DNA of 63,986 nucleotides, counting the filler, from Stramenopiles sp. TOSAG23-2 (taxonomy: Eukaryota): NCBI GenBank assembly GCA_900128395.1. It is 3 parts of 3 records of this genome, joined end to end, with 100 filler letters (N's around TTAATTAATTAA, not from the genome) between each part and the next. Parts side by side here need not be neighbours in the genome. Positions count along the whole stretch, not along the records: positions 43,400 to 63,986 come from LT649555.1; 2 more parts are not named here. The stretch is one strand, 5' to 3'. Under the pieces are notes generated by a model. It ran no database searches. It was not told where the DNA came from and was given only the letters and a program-made list of their open reading frames with translations. Position numbers and translations under genes: made by a program. Position 1 is the first letter of the stretch, and each line of letters begins with the position of its first letter. Below are positions 51,440 through 63,725 of this stretch, in pieces.

Positions 51440-54400
51440 ATGGCAGAGTCTCAACCTGATACAAGAAAAGATGAAGAACGGCGAAAGGCGGAAAAATGTA
51501 ATGATGGTCAGTATAAGCAGGAACCTACATTGCAGACGATACATTTTGCGAAAATAACAACATTTTTAGTATACATAGAAAATTATTTAAGAAAGGCGAC
51601 AAAAAAAAGAGAGAGTAGACGAGCTATAGTTGAGCCTGATCCTGTGATAGAACACTATAAAAAGTTAATACATGATCTAATAGATCCTGATAGTAAGCAT
51701 CAGTACGAAAAAGTCGACGAGGTAGTCTTATTTGGTTTATTAATGTTACTTGTCCACGATGTGTGCACCAATACAAAGCATCGAGATCATAAGAATCTGC
51801 GCCTATTGGAAGACTTTCTAATATATAGCACAGAACAAGAATCTTTATTAAAAAAACGTGGTCCCGATTTAGAAACTTTGAAAACTTATATTATTGAACA
51901 AGGGTTGGTAGAAGATGCTTCCAAAATGGAAAAGGCAGAAATATTATCTTTAATCCAAGAACATGAGACAGAAATTGAAAAAAAAACAAACAAATGGCAC
52001 TTTGACCCCAGATCAATGGAGGATGAAGAAGATTCGCCATTTTGGGTTAAGGCTGGTTGTGAATATCCATTGATTCGAAAAATGGAAATAGATGAAAGCG
52101 AAGAAAAATCAGAAGATGAAAGCGAAGAAAAATCAGAAAATAAAAGCGATGAAAAATCAGAAAATGAAAGCGAAGGAGAATCAGAAAATGAAAGCGAAGG
52201 AGAATCAGAAGGTCCTCATTTATATTTGAGTGCACTAGCTCATGCAACAAGATATGGAAACATTGATTGCGTTCGCATATTACTAGATTCTAGGGTCGCT
52301 GCTGATCCGGGTCGAAAGATACCATTATATATTAACGTAGAAAAAAGTGATAATGGCTATTCATTTAATTGCTACGATATAGCGCTGGTTGGGATGAACA
52401 ATGTAAATGATTTATATAGGAGTTCTTATGATTTTAATAGGGAGAATGACTTGATCTTATTAGAACACGGTTGGGACAAAATTTTAAGCGAATTTCAGGA
52501 AGATGATGAAATAGTAAAATTAAGATACAAATCTGCGTTTTGGAATAACTTTGTGCTGGCGCCTGCAATGTGGGTATCAATAATTACAATTACGTGTTTA
52601 ATCCTCTTCTCTAGTCAAGCAAATATCCGTGGTTCTTATCATAACATACGTTTAGCAGAAAAACTGACAGAGCTTGTTGTCTATGAAGAGTTCGATTTAA
52701 ATGCTGCCGGTAAGAGCTTTTTGGACATTCAAAATATGGAAGAGTTTTGGGACTTTGTAGATGGACCATTTACTGACGCAATATTTTCAAGTGGCAACGA
52801 TTATGAAGAAACGACAGACGGACCGGGGGAAATGAAAGTGGAAAAAGGAAGAAGAATGAAGAATAAGAATAGTGTCAAAGATTCAAAAATGGATCGTGGA
52901 GAAATAAATACAATAATTGGGGCTGTACAAATACGTCAAGTTAAAGTAAAACGAAGCAAAAGTTCTAGTGAATGTGCTGGAGGTGAAACTCCTTTTTACA
53001 CAAACTATCTTAAACAATATTCATGTCAGGTAATCAAAGAAAAGAATGGCCAAAAAATTAAATATGATAGTGACGAGACGTCATTTGCAAACTTAAAAAG
53101 TAAATATGTAGAAGTAGCAAATGTTGATCGAGATTTCCCTGATTACGGTCACATGCATTGGAATGAAAAATACCCAGCAGCTGCAGGTCACATATGGGAC
53201 ATAGGTACACACAATAGAACTGACGCGGTTGCTATATTTAAGAAAATGAGGGAATCTAATTGGATATCGCCGCATAGAACAAGATATGTAAGATTGAGAT
53301 TTAATGTTTATAATGGAAATACGAATTTATTTGCAGTTGTTGAACTTGGTATAGAGCTATGGCCAACAGGTGGCGCAACTACTAATTATGATATGAGAAT
53401 ATTTGATTTGTATTATACCAAAGAAAACGCTGATTTGGAGGAATTATTTTTTATCTTCGTTTGCATTTGCCATTCATTAAGATTATTGCTCGAAATCAAG
53501 GAAGTAATCGTGGGTTATGTAAAGGCATTTGAAAATGAAAAAACAATAAAGCAACTAGACACGGAGACGGGAGGAAGCAAAATTATTCCATCAGGGCTGA
53601 AAAGAAGAGCAACACTGACAGTATGGCAGAAACATAAATTAGATACCGCACAAGCCATGCAGAAACCGCCACGCAATTGTTGTTGTCCTTGTTCTCCGCT
53701 CCTTCGCTGGATGAATAACTTTGTGACATATATGAGAGAAACATATTTCTCCTGGCGATTTCGTTTAAGATTTATATTTTGTGGTTGTTGTGGTTATAGA
53801 TATCTTCGTTTTAAAAAAGGTAGTGAAAAGGCTTACTTAAAAACGAAAGAGGATGCAGATGACATGATGAAAAAGCATAGAAAATGCCACAAATGCTGCT
53901 ATACACCATGCTGCTGGAAACTTAAATACCGTAGGGAAAAATGCAGTTACATTTGTAAAACCTGCTGGAAACATAATGAATATATTCGCAATGGATGGAA
54001 TGTATTAGAATGGATGATTGTATGTTCTTTTTTCCACATGCTGCAATCATATATGCGGAAAGGAATTAAACAAACTGTCATGCAAAATACTGTTACAGAC
54101 TATTTTAAAAATGAAACTGATTATTCAAAAGAATATTTTCCACTATCTCAATATGCATATGTGAAAGACAATTTTGATAGATCTCTTAACGTGTTGTTTT
54201 TCGCAACAGCAATTCATTCCCTGAATATATTTCACGATATACCCTTCCTTGGACCTCGAATCATGGCAATTACAGGAACATTTGTACATAAAGATGTTCG
54301 TAAGTAGCACGTACCCTTGTTCCTTCATTTTAAAGCAATGTCAACTAACAAGCGTAACCTATAAACAAATACGTTCAATTTACATTGCGCACAAATATAT

Positions 54401-55009
54401 ATATGTATAGTTCCATTCTATCTCTTTTTTCTGCTAAATGTAGTACTTTTTGGTCTTGCAATGCATTTTAGCTATGGGCATGAGATTTTTGGCTTCAGAA
54501 GCTGGCATAGTAGTTTTGAAAATATTCTTCATTTAGTTTTTGGTGATTTTGAATTTTCTGATGGTTACGAAGATATGGAAGAGAGCTGGCCATATGGAAC
54601 TAATGTCCTTCTTATAGTGTTAATTCTAGTTTTGACATTATTCATGATGAATGTGTTTATAGCCGTAATCAGTTCTGCATATGATGATTGCTTAGTAGAG
54701 GCCGCAAAGTATTTCGAAAAACTTTATATTGATGTATCATTTTACAAATCACGCAGCAAAACTATGAAAAGGGATGTATTAAAATGTTATTTGAAACCGA
54801 TTAAAAAAATAACATCAGAATCTTTGAAGGTATTTGCACGAGAGATTTATAGTTGTGGTAAAGAAACTGATATCGAAACTTTGCGACGCTTACTTAATCA
54901 TGGTAATATGGAACTTGCAGCACAAATTTCTAAATTGCATAGGAAAATTGAATCTATTAAAAGTAGAATAAATTTATCTGAGAGATATCATATCGTTAAT
55001 AATAATTAA
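51440..55009 (+). CDS. Polycystin-2/TRPP-like cation channel, two exons (51440-54299, 54411-55009)
   Basis: SFLDIQNMEEFWDFVDGP, IIGAVQIRQVKV, FNVYNGNTNLF, NGWNVLE, LVFGDFEF, LFMMNVFIAVISSAY; splicing gives in-frame DV-LPFYLFF...AMHFSYG. Confidence 0.88.
52091..52210 (+). repeat. 24-bp coding repeat (ESEEKSED/ESEGESEN) x5
   Basis: GAAAGCGAAG(AA/GA)...ATCAGAA units. Confidence 0.85.
54300..54410 (+). other. 111-nt GT-AG spliceosomal intron
   Basis: Donor GTAAGT, internal ACTAAC, acceptor TAG; removal restores the frame and a TM helix. Confidence 0.9.
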
Positions 55010-55160
55010 AAAAGTCTTTGTGTGGTATGTGTATATAAAAAATTCTCTTATTTATAAGTTAAAGATTTTATGTGTATACTACATGTATACATAAAATTAC
55101 GAATATAGTGTGTGTAATATATGGTTTTAAAAAATCTCTAATACACCACATGTACATAAC

Positions 55161-55420
55161 AATTTAACTTCCCGTGCGGTAAATATTATCATATGCATAT
55201 CATATATTATATATATGCTCAATACTCTATCTCAGGAATATAAATATATATTCAATCCCTACTATAGTAAAAGCTACTAATGCACGAAATATAAAGATGG
55301 TTAAAATCTAAGAATTTATAATTAATTTTACTTCCCGTGCGGTAAATAAACTAGATGCTCAATACTCAATCTCAGGACGAATAAATATTCAATCCTACTA
55401 CGCGTAATTAGTAAAGCTTT
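55161..55420. repeat. Degenerate tandem pair of a ~100-bp element that is also present at the window start (1-53)
   Basis: CTTCCCGTGCGGTAAATA at 55168 and 55331; ATGCTCAATACTC(T/A)ATC at 55215, 55355 and 1. Confidence 0.8.
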
Positions 55421-56799
55421 CCATCTCCACCATCGTCAACATCATCATCGTCAACAACACTGGTACTTCTACTATCTCTGCCTTGTTGCGTTGATATTTT
55501 TAATTTTGTTTCTAATTCAATAATTCGTTCAAACAGCTGCCGTTTCTCAAATTCCTTTAACTTCATTCGTTCGTCTCTTTCATCTAATTTTTCCATTAAA
55601 TTATTTGCTAAATTTTGCAAATCTGTGACTGTATACGATGGTAAACTACCGATATCATTAATGTTACCATTATTGTTATTATTATTTTTGTTGCGATTTT
55701 TTTTACCACTGCTAGGACTACGTTTTCTTAACCTGTCTAACACACTCCGCTTTTCAGGTTTTACATTATCTATTAATTGACGTTTCAAAGCATCCTTGTA
55801 AGCAGTTAGCTCATCTTCTGCGGCACGTTTCTCTGCCTTTGCCATTGTTAGTTGCACTTGAAACTCACGTCTTTCTTTGACTATTTTAACAATATCATCC
55901 AGAGTTTTTGCTTCACATACACGAAAAATTTTTGATATATCTTTACGTATGGATGCAACTTTTTTCTTCGCTGCATTTGTTTGGCCTTGACTTTTTTCAT
56001 GCATCTTCCTGGCATTCTCTTCTGATTCTTTTAATCGATTCATTTCGGTCTCCATCTCATTAATTCTATCTGTCATTTTATTTGTTGACTCCTCTGCCCT
56101 TATTACACGCTCTTTTTTTTCAATTAATTCATTTTCAATTGTTGCTAAGTTTTCACGTAATTCTAAAATAGTTTTATTATTATCTTCTTTGCTTTCATTA
56201 TATTTTATTTTAATATCATCTAGCTCATTTTCTAATATCTTTGATTGATTTATCATTGCCTCGTGCTCTTGTTTTAACGCATTAAATTCCTTTACATTTT
56301 TTTTACTTTTTGATTTTTCAGATGATAAATCTTTCTCCATAGCATTTGATGATTCTAATAGTTCTTCATACAATTTATTAATTTTATCTAAACGTGCCCT
56401 GGACTCATTTAACAAAGATTTCAAATCGTTGAGTTCTTCCCTTGTTTTTTCGTGCGCGGCTAATAATGTCTCGTGCTTTACCTTTAAGCCTATCTCTTCT
56501 GGTGAACGTCGGGGTGGTGGAGGCGGCGGTGGCGCTGGTTCATTTTGTTCTTCCTGTTCCTTATCAATTTTTGATTTATGCTCTTCTGTTTGTTGTTGCA
56601 GTACTGCCATCATAGAACTATGCCTTGCTTCAAATGCTAGTTTTTGATCTTCCATATCTTGTACAAGTGTACGATTTTCTACTTGTAAATTTTTTATTAT
56701 CATTTTCAGCTTCGACATTTCTTCATTACGATCACTTTCATTGTTACTGCTATTGTTTTTATTGTCATTTGATCTGTTTCTAAACATTGTTTCTCGCAT
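55408..56799 (-). CDS. Coiled-coil protein with polyproline motif (463 aa)
   Basis: Long ORF, heptad pattern, PAPPPPPPPRR. Confidence 0.8.
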   Translation of the reverse strand: MRETMFRNRSNDNKNNSSNNESDRNEEMSKLKMIIKNLQVENRTLVQDMEDQKLAFEARHSSMMAVLQQQTEEHKSKIDKEQEEQNEPAPPPPPPPRRSPEEIGLKVKHETLLAAHEKTREELNDLKSLLNESRARLDKINKLYEELLESSNAMEKDLSSEKSKSKKNVKEFNALKQEHEAMINQSKILENELDDIKIKYNESKEDNNKTILELRENLATIENELIEKKERVIRAEESTNKMTDRINEMETEMNRLKESEENARKMHEKSQGQTNAAKKKVASIRKDISKIFRVCEAKTLDDIVKIVKERREFQVQLTMAKAEKRAAEDELTAYKDALKRQLIDNVKPEKRSVLDRLRKRSPSSGKKNRNKNNNNNNGNINDIGSLPSYTVTDLQNLANNLMEKLDERDERMKLKEFEKRQLFERIIELETKLKISTQQGRDSRSTSVVDDDDVDDGGDGKLY

Positions 56800-57095
56800 G
56801 TAATTTTTATTTTGTTTTTGTTGATTATATCTATCTATCTATTTGTCTGTCGATCTATATCTTTTTTAATTCTTTCTTTTTTGTTTTAGTTTACTAAACT
56901 TTTACTTTATATTCTTATGTTGTTTAAGTTTCAAATCCTTGTACCTCTATCCAGCTATAGTGAGAAGGATTATTAGTGCAGTTCAAAATGGTACTTAATT
57001 TAAGTACTAATTAATTTAAATAATAATAGCATTGAATAGCATTGTACTGTGGGTATTAATATATACATACATATTTAACACTTAAATTTTTCTAT

Positions 57096-60000
57096 TTAAA
57101 ATTCATATTCACCTACATCGTCTTCATCATCATTAAATAAACGTATACGACTACCACGTATCATTTTTTCTATTCCTTTATCGTCCCTAGTACGAAGTAA
57201 ACGTTGTAATTTTTTACTACCACTACTTGGACTTTTGCCACCACGACCACGATACTCACGTGGTTTCACTTTAATTCCTAGTGAAGATTTCTTTTTTGAA
57301 AATGATTTTAAATCCTTTTTATTATTAGCTGCTGCCCTTTCTTTTTTACTTCGTCGCTTTTTTTGTCTTCCAGCACCTTTGACAGGTTTAACTGGGGAGC
57401 CGCCATCCATAAATGGTTTAATTCTAGCACTAATTGCTCCTTTATCTTCCCCTATGACAGTATTTCTACGTGTAGCACTAACGAATGGTGGGTCCTTATT
57501 CTCCCCAGGTCGTTGACTACGTTGTTTTGCACGGCGTTTTAACCATTTTTTTTCTGGACTTGGTACCCCAATCATTCTTGGTGCAACAGCAGCTTCTTTT
57601 AAATCACGCCCATGTCCTACAAAACGCAAGATAGCCGCATACAATGCAGTATCTAATAATTTTCTATGTATATCATAACGCCTTAAACGTATTTCACCAA
57701 GTGTTTCAGTCACTTGCTGTTGATTCACTAAACAAACTAAAGACCATATGTGTCGTTCAACACCAGGTAAATCAATGAGACGAGGTAATGGGTCTAAATA
57801 TGACCAAAAATCTATATTTGCTCGTGGTTCCTCTACTTCTAATAAATCATGTCTTGATAGATCGTTACCAGCAGCTCGTTGGCCACTAACTGTTTCGACA
57901 TATCTTCGCCAATACTCTTCCTCAGCTGCTACTTGCACATCCGCTCGAACTTCTTCCAATAAATTTGCATTTGGATCCGTATGAGGCCAACGCCTCTTCG
58001 TCCACTGTTCACTACATATTCTAATCAACTCTTCGCTTGATTGCGATACAATTTGTTTTGCTATTCTATCTTTCTCCTTGCTATTAAAATCACCGTCATC
58101 GATATCATCGTCTAGTACTTGTCCAGGTGTTTGCAATTCAATCAATAGCTTCATTGCATTACTGAATATAGTTAATAACCATGATAACATGCCATCACGT
58201 GACAAATGTAACGCTGCCCGTATACGTGTCCTGGCAACTGATGAAACTGCTGCTGCTTTACCTTTAATTTCTGCAACTTTGCTTGAATTTGAATTTGCCA
58301 TGCGCAAACGATATGCCTCGGCAAGTGTAGGTTGCATTTCAACAGATATATCATATAAATATTCACCAGTATCGTATGTTTCAATTGCTATACGTTCAGC
58401 AACATCAGTGATTAATTGTTGTGTATTTCTCAATATACCAGGTGTGGCATTGTCTGCCGCCTCGTTTCGTAATGAATTTGCACGATTGATAAACGACTGC
58501 AAGAACCCTTCTGCATCTCCAGATGGCATATTCATTTTTTTCCATTTTTTTACAATCACTGAACGTGAATAATTATTATAATCATCACTATCGTTTCCAT
58601 CATCATCATTGTCATCAATCAATTGTGAAAAGTTCATTGTTCTATCGTGACTATTATAATTACTAAAAGTTTCTTGGGGAGTCGCTTGTATTGAAATATC
58701 TTCTACTTGTTGTTCCTCTTCGATCATTATTATTTCTTCTTTATCTTCTTCTTTAACAAAGGAAGACTGTTCTGTTTGAGTTTGTACTACAAATGTTGCT
58801 TTTGGCTTTGGTGGTTGTTGTTGTTGTTGTTCTGGTGTCGCAGCAACGACAACCGGTTCCTCTAGTTGAACGGATGGAACAACCACTTTTTCTTGAATTA
58901 TCACTTTTTCAACAATTTTAACAGGACTATTTTTACGCAACTCTTCGATTTCATGTTCTTGTTTAACTTTTAAATCATCCATATTTTTTTTCAAAGAATT
59001 GTTTTGCTTCGCTTCGTTATGTAATTTATTATTTAATTGTTTAACTAAATCACGTTTCTCCTTTAAGTTTGTTCTTATTTGTCTATGATCTGCCAATAAC
59101 CATTTTTGGAATACTTCTAATTTTCTCAATTTTATACGTAATTTTTGTAAACGTTTACATATTTTTTTTGTTGCGTGTTGGTGGTGTCTGTCGTGTTCCT
59201 TTGTAATTTTAGCTCTTGTTTTCACGGCATCTTCTAATTCGCGTTCGTGTCTCTTCTCTTGTTCCAATTGTTTATTAAAGTTCGATTCTTCGCTTCTTAA
59301 CTGTTCATTTAATCGTTTCAACTCATCATTCAATTGCTTGATGGTTGATTCTAATTTTTGTATTTCTAAATTACGATCATTTAATTCTGTCTTTACATGT
59401 TCATTTGAAATTTGTTCTTTACGCAATTGCTCTCGGAAATTATCAGCTGACCCACTTTCATTTCTCATTTCTCTTAATCTTCCTTCTAATTCTGCACTTC
59501 GTACAAGCTCATTTTCCAATCTACGCTGGACACTCTCAAAATTATCCTGGGCCCTGCGCACGTTCTCCTCTGCTTTTAAAAATGCATCTTTAAAACCTCT
59601 AAACTTCTCAATCTCATCTTCTAAACGTTTTTGCATATCTGCATTTTTGCTTTCTAAGGTTTCATTTCGCTCTTCCGCTGCTTTTAATTGCTTTTTCATG
59701 TGTTCAACAGCGGCTTCAATGGCATTCATAGCTCCTTGTTTTGAATTTTTATTATCACTATCAAATTTTTTATATTGTTCGATTTCAGCGCGTAGAACAT
59801 CTACTAAAGCTTCAACTTGTGCTTTTTCATATTCACATGCGCCTAACTCACTAGTTCGTGTTTCCAATAACGCCGTGATAATACTTAATTGATTTCCACG
59901 CTCACGCATCAATTCATCGCGATCATACTGTTCTCGATTATTTATATCGTTTAAACGTTTATTTTCTCTGGTTAACAATTCCATACGACTTCCAAGACGG

Positions 60001-60632
60001 ATTACAGCTTGTTCTAAATCTTGTATGCGCCTATTTTTTTCATCCATTTTACTAACACTTTTCGATAGTCTTAAAGATAATATTTTTACTTGGTGCATTA
60101 AACCATCTTTATCTCCAACTGATCGACCATGTTCCTGCTTTAAACCATTTAATTCTTGTTTTATCAATTTATTTTCATTTGATAATCTGACATTGTCTTG
60201 ATTCAGTTTACTGGATCTTTTCGTATATTTGTTTAATTTCTCTTTCATAATTTTCATATCTCTCTTATGGTTTGCTTGTAAAGTTTCAATAAATTTATTT
60301 TGTTTACTATTTTTTTCCATCATGATTTGCTTTACCTTATGCATATCTTCTCTTTTTTCCCTTTCAAGCTGACCGTTTTTATCTAATGCTTCATTCAATT
60401 CTTTTTCTAATCGTTCAATTGTTAATGTTTTTCCTCGTAATGCTCCATTCATGCTATGCAAAGATGAATATCCTGGATCTTCTTTACCTGCCTCATGCAA
60501 ATAATATTTGTCTTGCTCAGCATCATAATATGAAGTTCTACGATGTGGTATTATTTTCTTAACATTAGTAGTAGTACTGCTAGTTATTACAGGTTTGTCT
60601 CCACTACCATCCCTTTGATTTTTCAATGGCAT
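57096..60632 (-). CDS. Large coiled-coil protein with helical C-terminal domain and basic tail (1178 aa)
   Basis: Uninterrupted ORF; about 500 aa of coiled coil. Confidence 0.82.
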   Translation of the reverse strand: MPLKNQRDGSGDKPVITSSTTTNVKKIIPHRRTSYYDAEQDKYYLHEAGKEDPGYSSLHSMNGALRGKTLTIERLEKELNEALDKNGQLEREKREDMHKVKQIMMEKNSKQNKFIETLQANHKRDMKIMKEKLNKYTKRSSKLNQDNVRLSNENKLIKQELNGLKQEHGRSVGDKDGLMHQVKILSLRLSKSVSKMDEKNRRIQDLEQAVIRLGSRMELLTRENKRLNDINNREQYDRDELMRERGNQLSIITALLETRTSELGACEYEKAQVEALVDVLRAEIEQYKKFDSDNKNSKQGAMNAIEAAVEHMKKQLKAAEERNETLESKNADMQKRLEDEIEKFRGFKDAFLKAEENVRRAQDNFESVQRRLENELVRSAELEGRLREMRNESGSADNFREQLRKEQISNEHVKTELNDRNLEIQKLESTIKQLNDELKRLNEQLRSEESNFNKQLEQEKRHERELEDAVKTRAKITKEHDRHHQHATKKICKRLQKLRIKLRKLEVFQKWLLADHRQIRTNLKEKRDLVKQLNNKLHNEAKQNNSLKKNMDDLKVKQEHEIEELRKNSPVKIVEKVIIQEKVVVPSVQLEEPVVVAATPEQQQQQPPKPKATFVVQTQTEQSSFVKEEDKEEIIMIEEEQQVEDISIQATPQETFSNYNSHDRTMNFSQLIDDNDDDGNDSDDYNNYSRSVIVKKWKKMNMPSGDAEGFLQSFINRANSLRNEAADNATPGILRNTQQLITDVAERIAIETYDTGEYLYDISVEMQPTLAEAYRLRMANSNSSKVAEIKGKAAAVSSVARTRIRAALHLSRDGMLSWLLTIFSNAMKLLIELQTPGQVLDDDIDDGDFNSKEKDRIAKQIVSQSSEELIRICSEQWTKRRWPHTDPNANLLEEVRADVQVAAEEEYWRRYVETVSGQRAAGNDLSRHDLLEVEEPRANIDFWSYLDPLPRLIDLPGVERHIWSLVCLVNQQQVTETLGEIRLRRYDIHRKLLDTALYAAILRFVGHGRDLKEAAVAPRMIGVPSPEKKWLKRRAKQRSQRPGENKDPPFVSATRRNTVIGEDKGAISARIKPFMDGGSPVKPVKGAGRQKKRRSKKERAAANNKKDLKSFSKKKSSLGIKVKPREYRGRGGKSPSSGSKKLQRLLRTRDDKGIEKMIRGSRIRLFNDDEDDVGEYEF

Positions 60633-61226
60633 CTTTTTGTATCTATAATTATAAATAAATAATACAAATAGAAATAGACAAGTGTTATGTTCTCTATCGT
60701 ATAAAATATTTATCTATCTACATGTAATATATCTCTATTTATTATTATTATTTTTGTACATTGTATTATTATATGTGCGAGTGGGTTATATTTATTATTG
60801 GATGATGAATTTTTTTTCCTCCTTATTTTCGCTCCTAACGTTCAGATTATTTTAAGTTACCAAAATTACTATTTTGATTGTAATAGGATAATAATATCCG
60901 ATAATTAATAATTAATAATAAGCTAGAAGTAAAACTGCTCGAAGATTATTTTTAGATAATAAAATTCCTGAAATGTTATTAATTTTTTAAGGCAAAATCC
61001 ATCGAAAACACGAGCATCATTTGTATCTGACTATCCATATTATCTTTTATTTTATAAATAATAAAATATTAATATATTTAAATCAAATATATATAATATG
61101 TAATTTTCATATAATACTATAAATTATATAAATACTTCGTACGTCGTATAATTTTATTTAAAATTCACACACACTCGCTCTCTTTTACAATATTCCTACT
61201 TCTAATATATTACTCAATATTTGTTT

Positions 61227-63725
61227 TTAAACTTGTACACTTTCTAATAATACTGCTAATGGCAAACCATCTTCAAACAGATCGCTGCGTACTGATTTAA
61301 AATCTTGTAATAAATTTGTAACAGATGCGCCAATTGACGGTCCATTACTTCCTGTTTCCTGTAAAAATTCACATACCATACGTTGGCATTCTTGGTTGGA
61401 ATCATCCCCACTACCAAACAATAATTTAAGTGCACCTGTCAAACTTTTTGCTCCGGCGCCACGGAAAGCTTGATCGCCCAATTGCAATGTAACAATTAAA
61501 CGTTGTAATATGGCAACTGACATACTACAACAACCAATGTCGCATAATGCAACATATAAGTAATCAAGTAATTTATCAAAGATGGATATCCATGCATCTG
61601 CATTATCCTCCAAATTAGCTGTAGAAATTGCACTGGCAAGAACTTGTGCATCTTCAACTTCTAAATTATCTGCTTGGCTTTCCAATATTCTAGTTGATAT
61701 TTGCTGTGCAACACCTGCACCATCCCATACAATTGGTAAACTATATAACGGTATGCCACTACCACCATTGCCATGACTACTTGATAATCTTAAATCTCCT
61801 ACTTTTCCCATATCCATCTCACCACCATCTTCCATGAATTCATTCGTTGCTGGTGGGGATAATAATAACAACCTATCTTCCTCTGGTATTGTTAACAATA
61901 CATCAACAAATACCTTTGTTAATGACGGGTGTGTTTTCAATACACTTGCTAGATATGATAAACCTGCTTTTTGAACACCAATATAAGTCTTTGTTGTAAA
62001 TAAACGAGTTAATACTTGCATTGGTATTTCATGTCTTGGATCAGTTACAGGGAACATTCCAAGTAATATACTAGCTAATACGACTAATTGTGCTTGTACT
62101 TCCCACCACGTATCTTCATCTGCCATCGATTGAAAACGTGCAAATAAATTACTGACTTCCTCTGGAGAATGTGGTGCAATTAAACATAATACGGAAATTG
62201 CTGCTGCGCGCAAGGATGGTGAAGGCATTCCAACTGCAATGGAACAATAATAAGTATATAAATCCAATAATTCTTGATTTTGTAAATTTGGCCCTTCTAA
62301 TGTTGAAAATGCAGTTAAACAATATAAAAAAGTGCGTTGATCTGCTACTAATTCTTGTACGGTTTTGATCATTGCTTTATGTTGTTCAATAGATGGGATG
62401 CAGAATCCATATGCAATTGATAATAAAGGCGAACGTTTGTTACCACTATTTCTTAACATTGGAACAAAGTGTGGTAACGTGAAGTTAGTGAAATACATTT
62501 GTACGGTTTCTTGATTTTGCTTTCCTCTACCATCTTGATCCAAACCTTCCGCATACTCCATAGCTGCTACTGCAATACTGTTGAAACAACGAGATGCCAC
62601 TTCAAATTGAATCGATGCAGCAGGGCAACTTTTCAATGCAGCATTCATAAAGGTGGATAATTTTAAAAAGTTTCTTGGGCTTGATACGGAAGCAGGGGCT
62701 AATAATGCAGCTCTTGATTCTACCTCTTCATAAACTCTAGCAGCAATTTCACCATCAATATTTGCAACATTTGCTTCAAAGCTAGAGGAACTATTAGTCA
62801 AACCTTCCTCCAATGCTTGGCTGCCTTCCGTTCCTGCTCTGCATGCTTCGTCTAGTAGCTCTGCTACGGTTGGTCCTTGTTGCGTTTCATCCGTTAAATT
62901 TGTACTTCCACGTAAATTGGATTCGCTGCCTCCTGTACCTTTATTATCACCGAAGGAACCCATTGAGTTCGTTGGATTAAACTCTTTTGCACCCAATTCT
63001 TTACTAGCTCTTATTCCAGCAACATTGCGTTCAATTGCACGAACTTGCACTTGTTTCACTGTGATTGTGGTCACTTTTTGCTCCGCGCCTACAGGCCTGG
63101 TTGGACCACGCATGATTTTTGACATGGAACGACTAGGGCTTGATTGTTGTTTACTTGGTTGAAAACGTTCTGGATCTTCTTTACGTTCATCTCTTAAACT
63201 TTGCTCATGTTCCTCTAAACGTTGTCGCAACATTTCTTCTTGTATTTTCGTATCGGTAACATTTGTCATTTCTGGCTCTCTTAATTTTTGTTTCATTGCT
63301 AACGATGCCGTTTCTTTCGAGAATGGTGGCATACGCGGTGGTGCTTTTCTTGCAGGTGGTTGTTGTACTTTTCGTTGTGTCAATAAAGTATATAAACGGT
63401 TAATAAATTGAACCGTAGCTCGTTTATCATAATGTATCATATAATTAATTTCTTCATCTGTATATTGAATTTGTGCTTTTAAAAAGAATTTACATAGCTG
63501 ATGCCAATTGTCTTTCCTCTTCACAATGTTGCAGCCATTGTCATACGAGTGCATATGTATGCTGCTATCATACCTTGATAATATTTCTGCTATTAAAAAA
63601 CCATTTGCAAAGTCACGGGAAACATTTTTTACACTATATGCTAAATCCAACGATTGAATCCAACGCAATACTTCACGTGATAAACCACGTACTGGTTCTT
63701 TTTTCGACGTATCCCCGTGTGACAT
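61227..63725 (-). CDS. SPATA4/SPEF1-type calponin-homology (CH_2) flagellar protein with a HEAT/ARM-like C-terminus
   Basis: LSREVLRWIQSLDLAYSVKNVSRDFANGFLIAEILSRY...SYDNG...KDNW. Confidence 0.85.
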   Translation of the reverse strand: MSHGDTSKKEPVRGLSREVLRWIQSLDLAYSVKNVSRDFANGFLIAEILSRYDSSIHMHSYDNGCNIVKRKDNWHQLCKFFLKAQIQYTDEEINYMIHYDKRATVQFINRLYTLLTQRKVQQPPARKAPPRMPPFSKETASLAMKQKLREPEMTNVTDTKIQEEMLRQRLEEHEQSLRDERKEDPERFQPSKQQSSPSRSMSKIMRGPTRPVGAEQKVTTITVKQVQVRAIERNVAGIRASKELGAKEFNPTNSMGSFGDNKGTGGSESNLRGSTNLTDETQQGPTVAELLDEACRAGTEGSQALEEGLTNSSSSFEANVANIDGEIAARVYEEVESRAALLAPASVSSPRNFLKLSTFMNAALKSCPAASIQFEVASRCFNSIAVAAMEYAEGLDQDGRGKQNQETVQMYFTNFTLPHFVPMLRNSGNKRSPLLSIAYGFCIPSIEQHKAMIKTVQELVADQRTFLYCLTAFSTLEGPNLQNQELLDLYTYYCSIAVGMPSPSLRAAAISVLCLIAPHSPEEVSNLFARFQSMADEDTWWEVQAQLVVLASILLGMFPVTDPRHEIPMQVLTRLFTTKTYIGVQKAGLSYLASVLKTHPSLTKVFVDVLLTIPEEDRLLLLSPPATNEFMEDGGEMDMGKVGDLRLSSSHGNGGSGIPLYSLPIVWDGAGVAQQISTRILESQADNLEVEDAQVLASAISTANLEDNADAWISIFDKLLDYLYVALCDIGCCSMSVAILQRLIVTLQLGDQAFRGAGAKSLTGALKLLFGSGDDSNQECQRMVCEFLQETGSNGPSIGASVTNLLQDFKSVRSDLFEDGLPLAVLLESVQV

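Noticed and set aside
51440..63725. Possible flagellar gene cluster (PKD2-like, coiled coils, SPATA4-like)
   Set aside because: Coiled-coil functions are unknown and such genes are common in flagellates; no evidence of co-regulation
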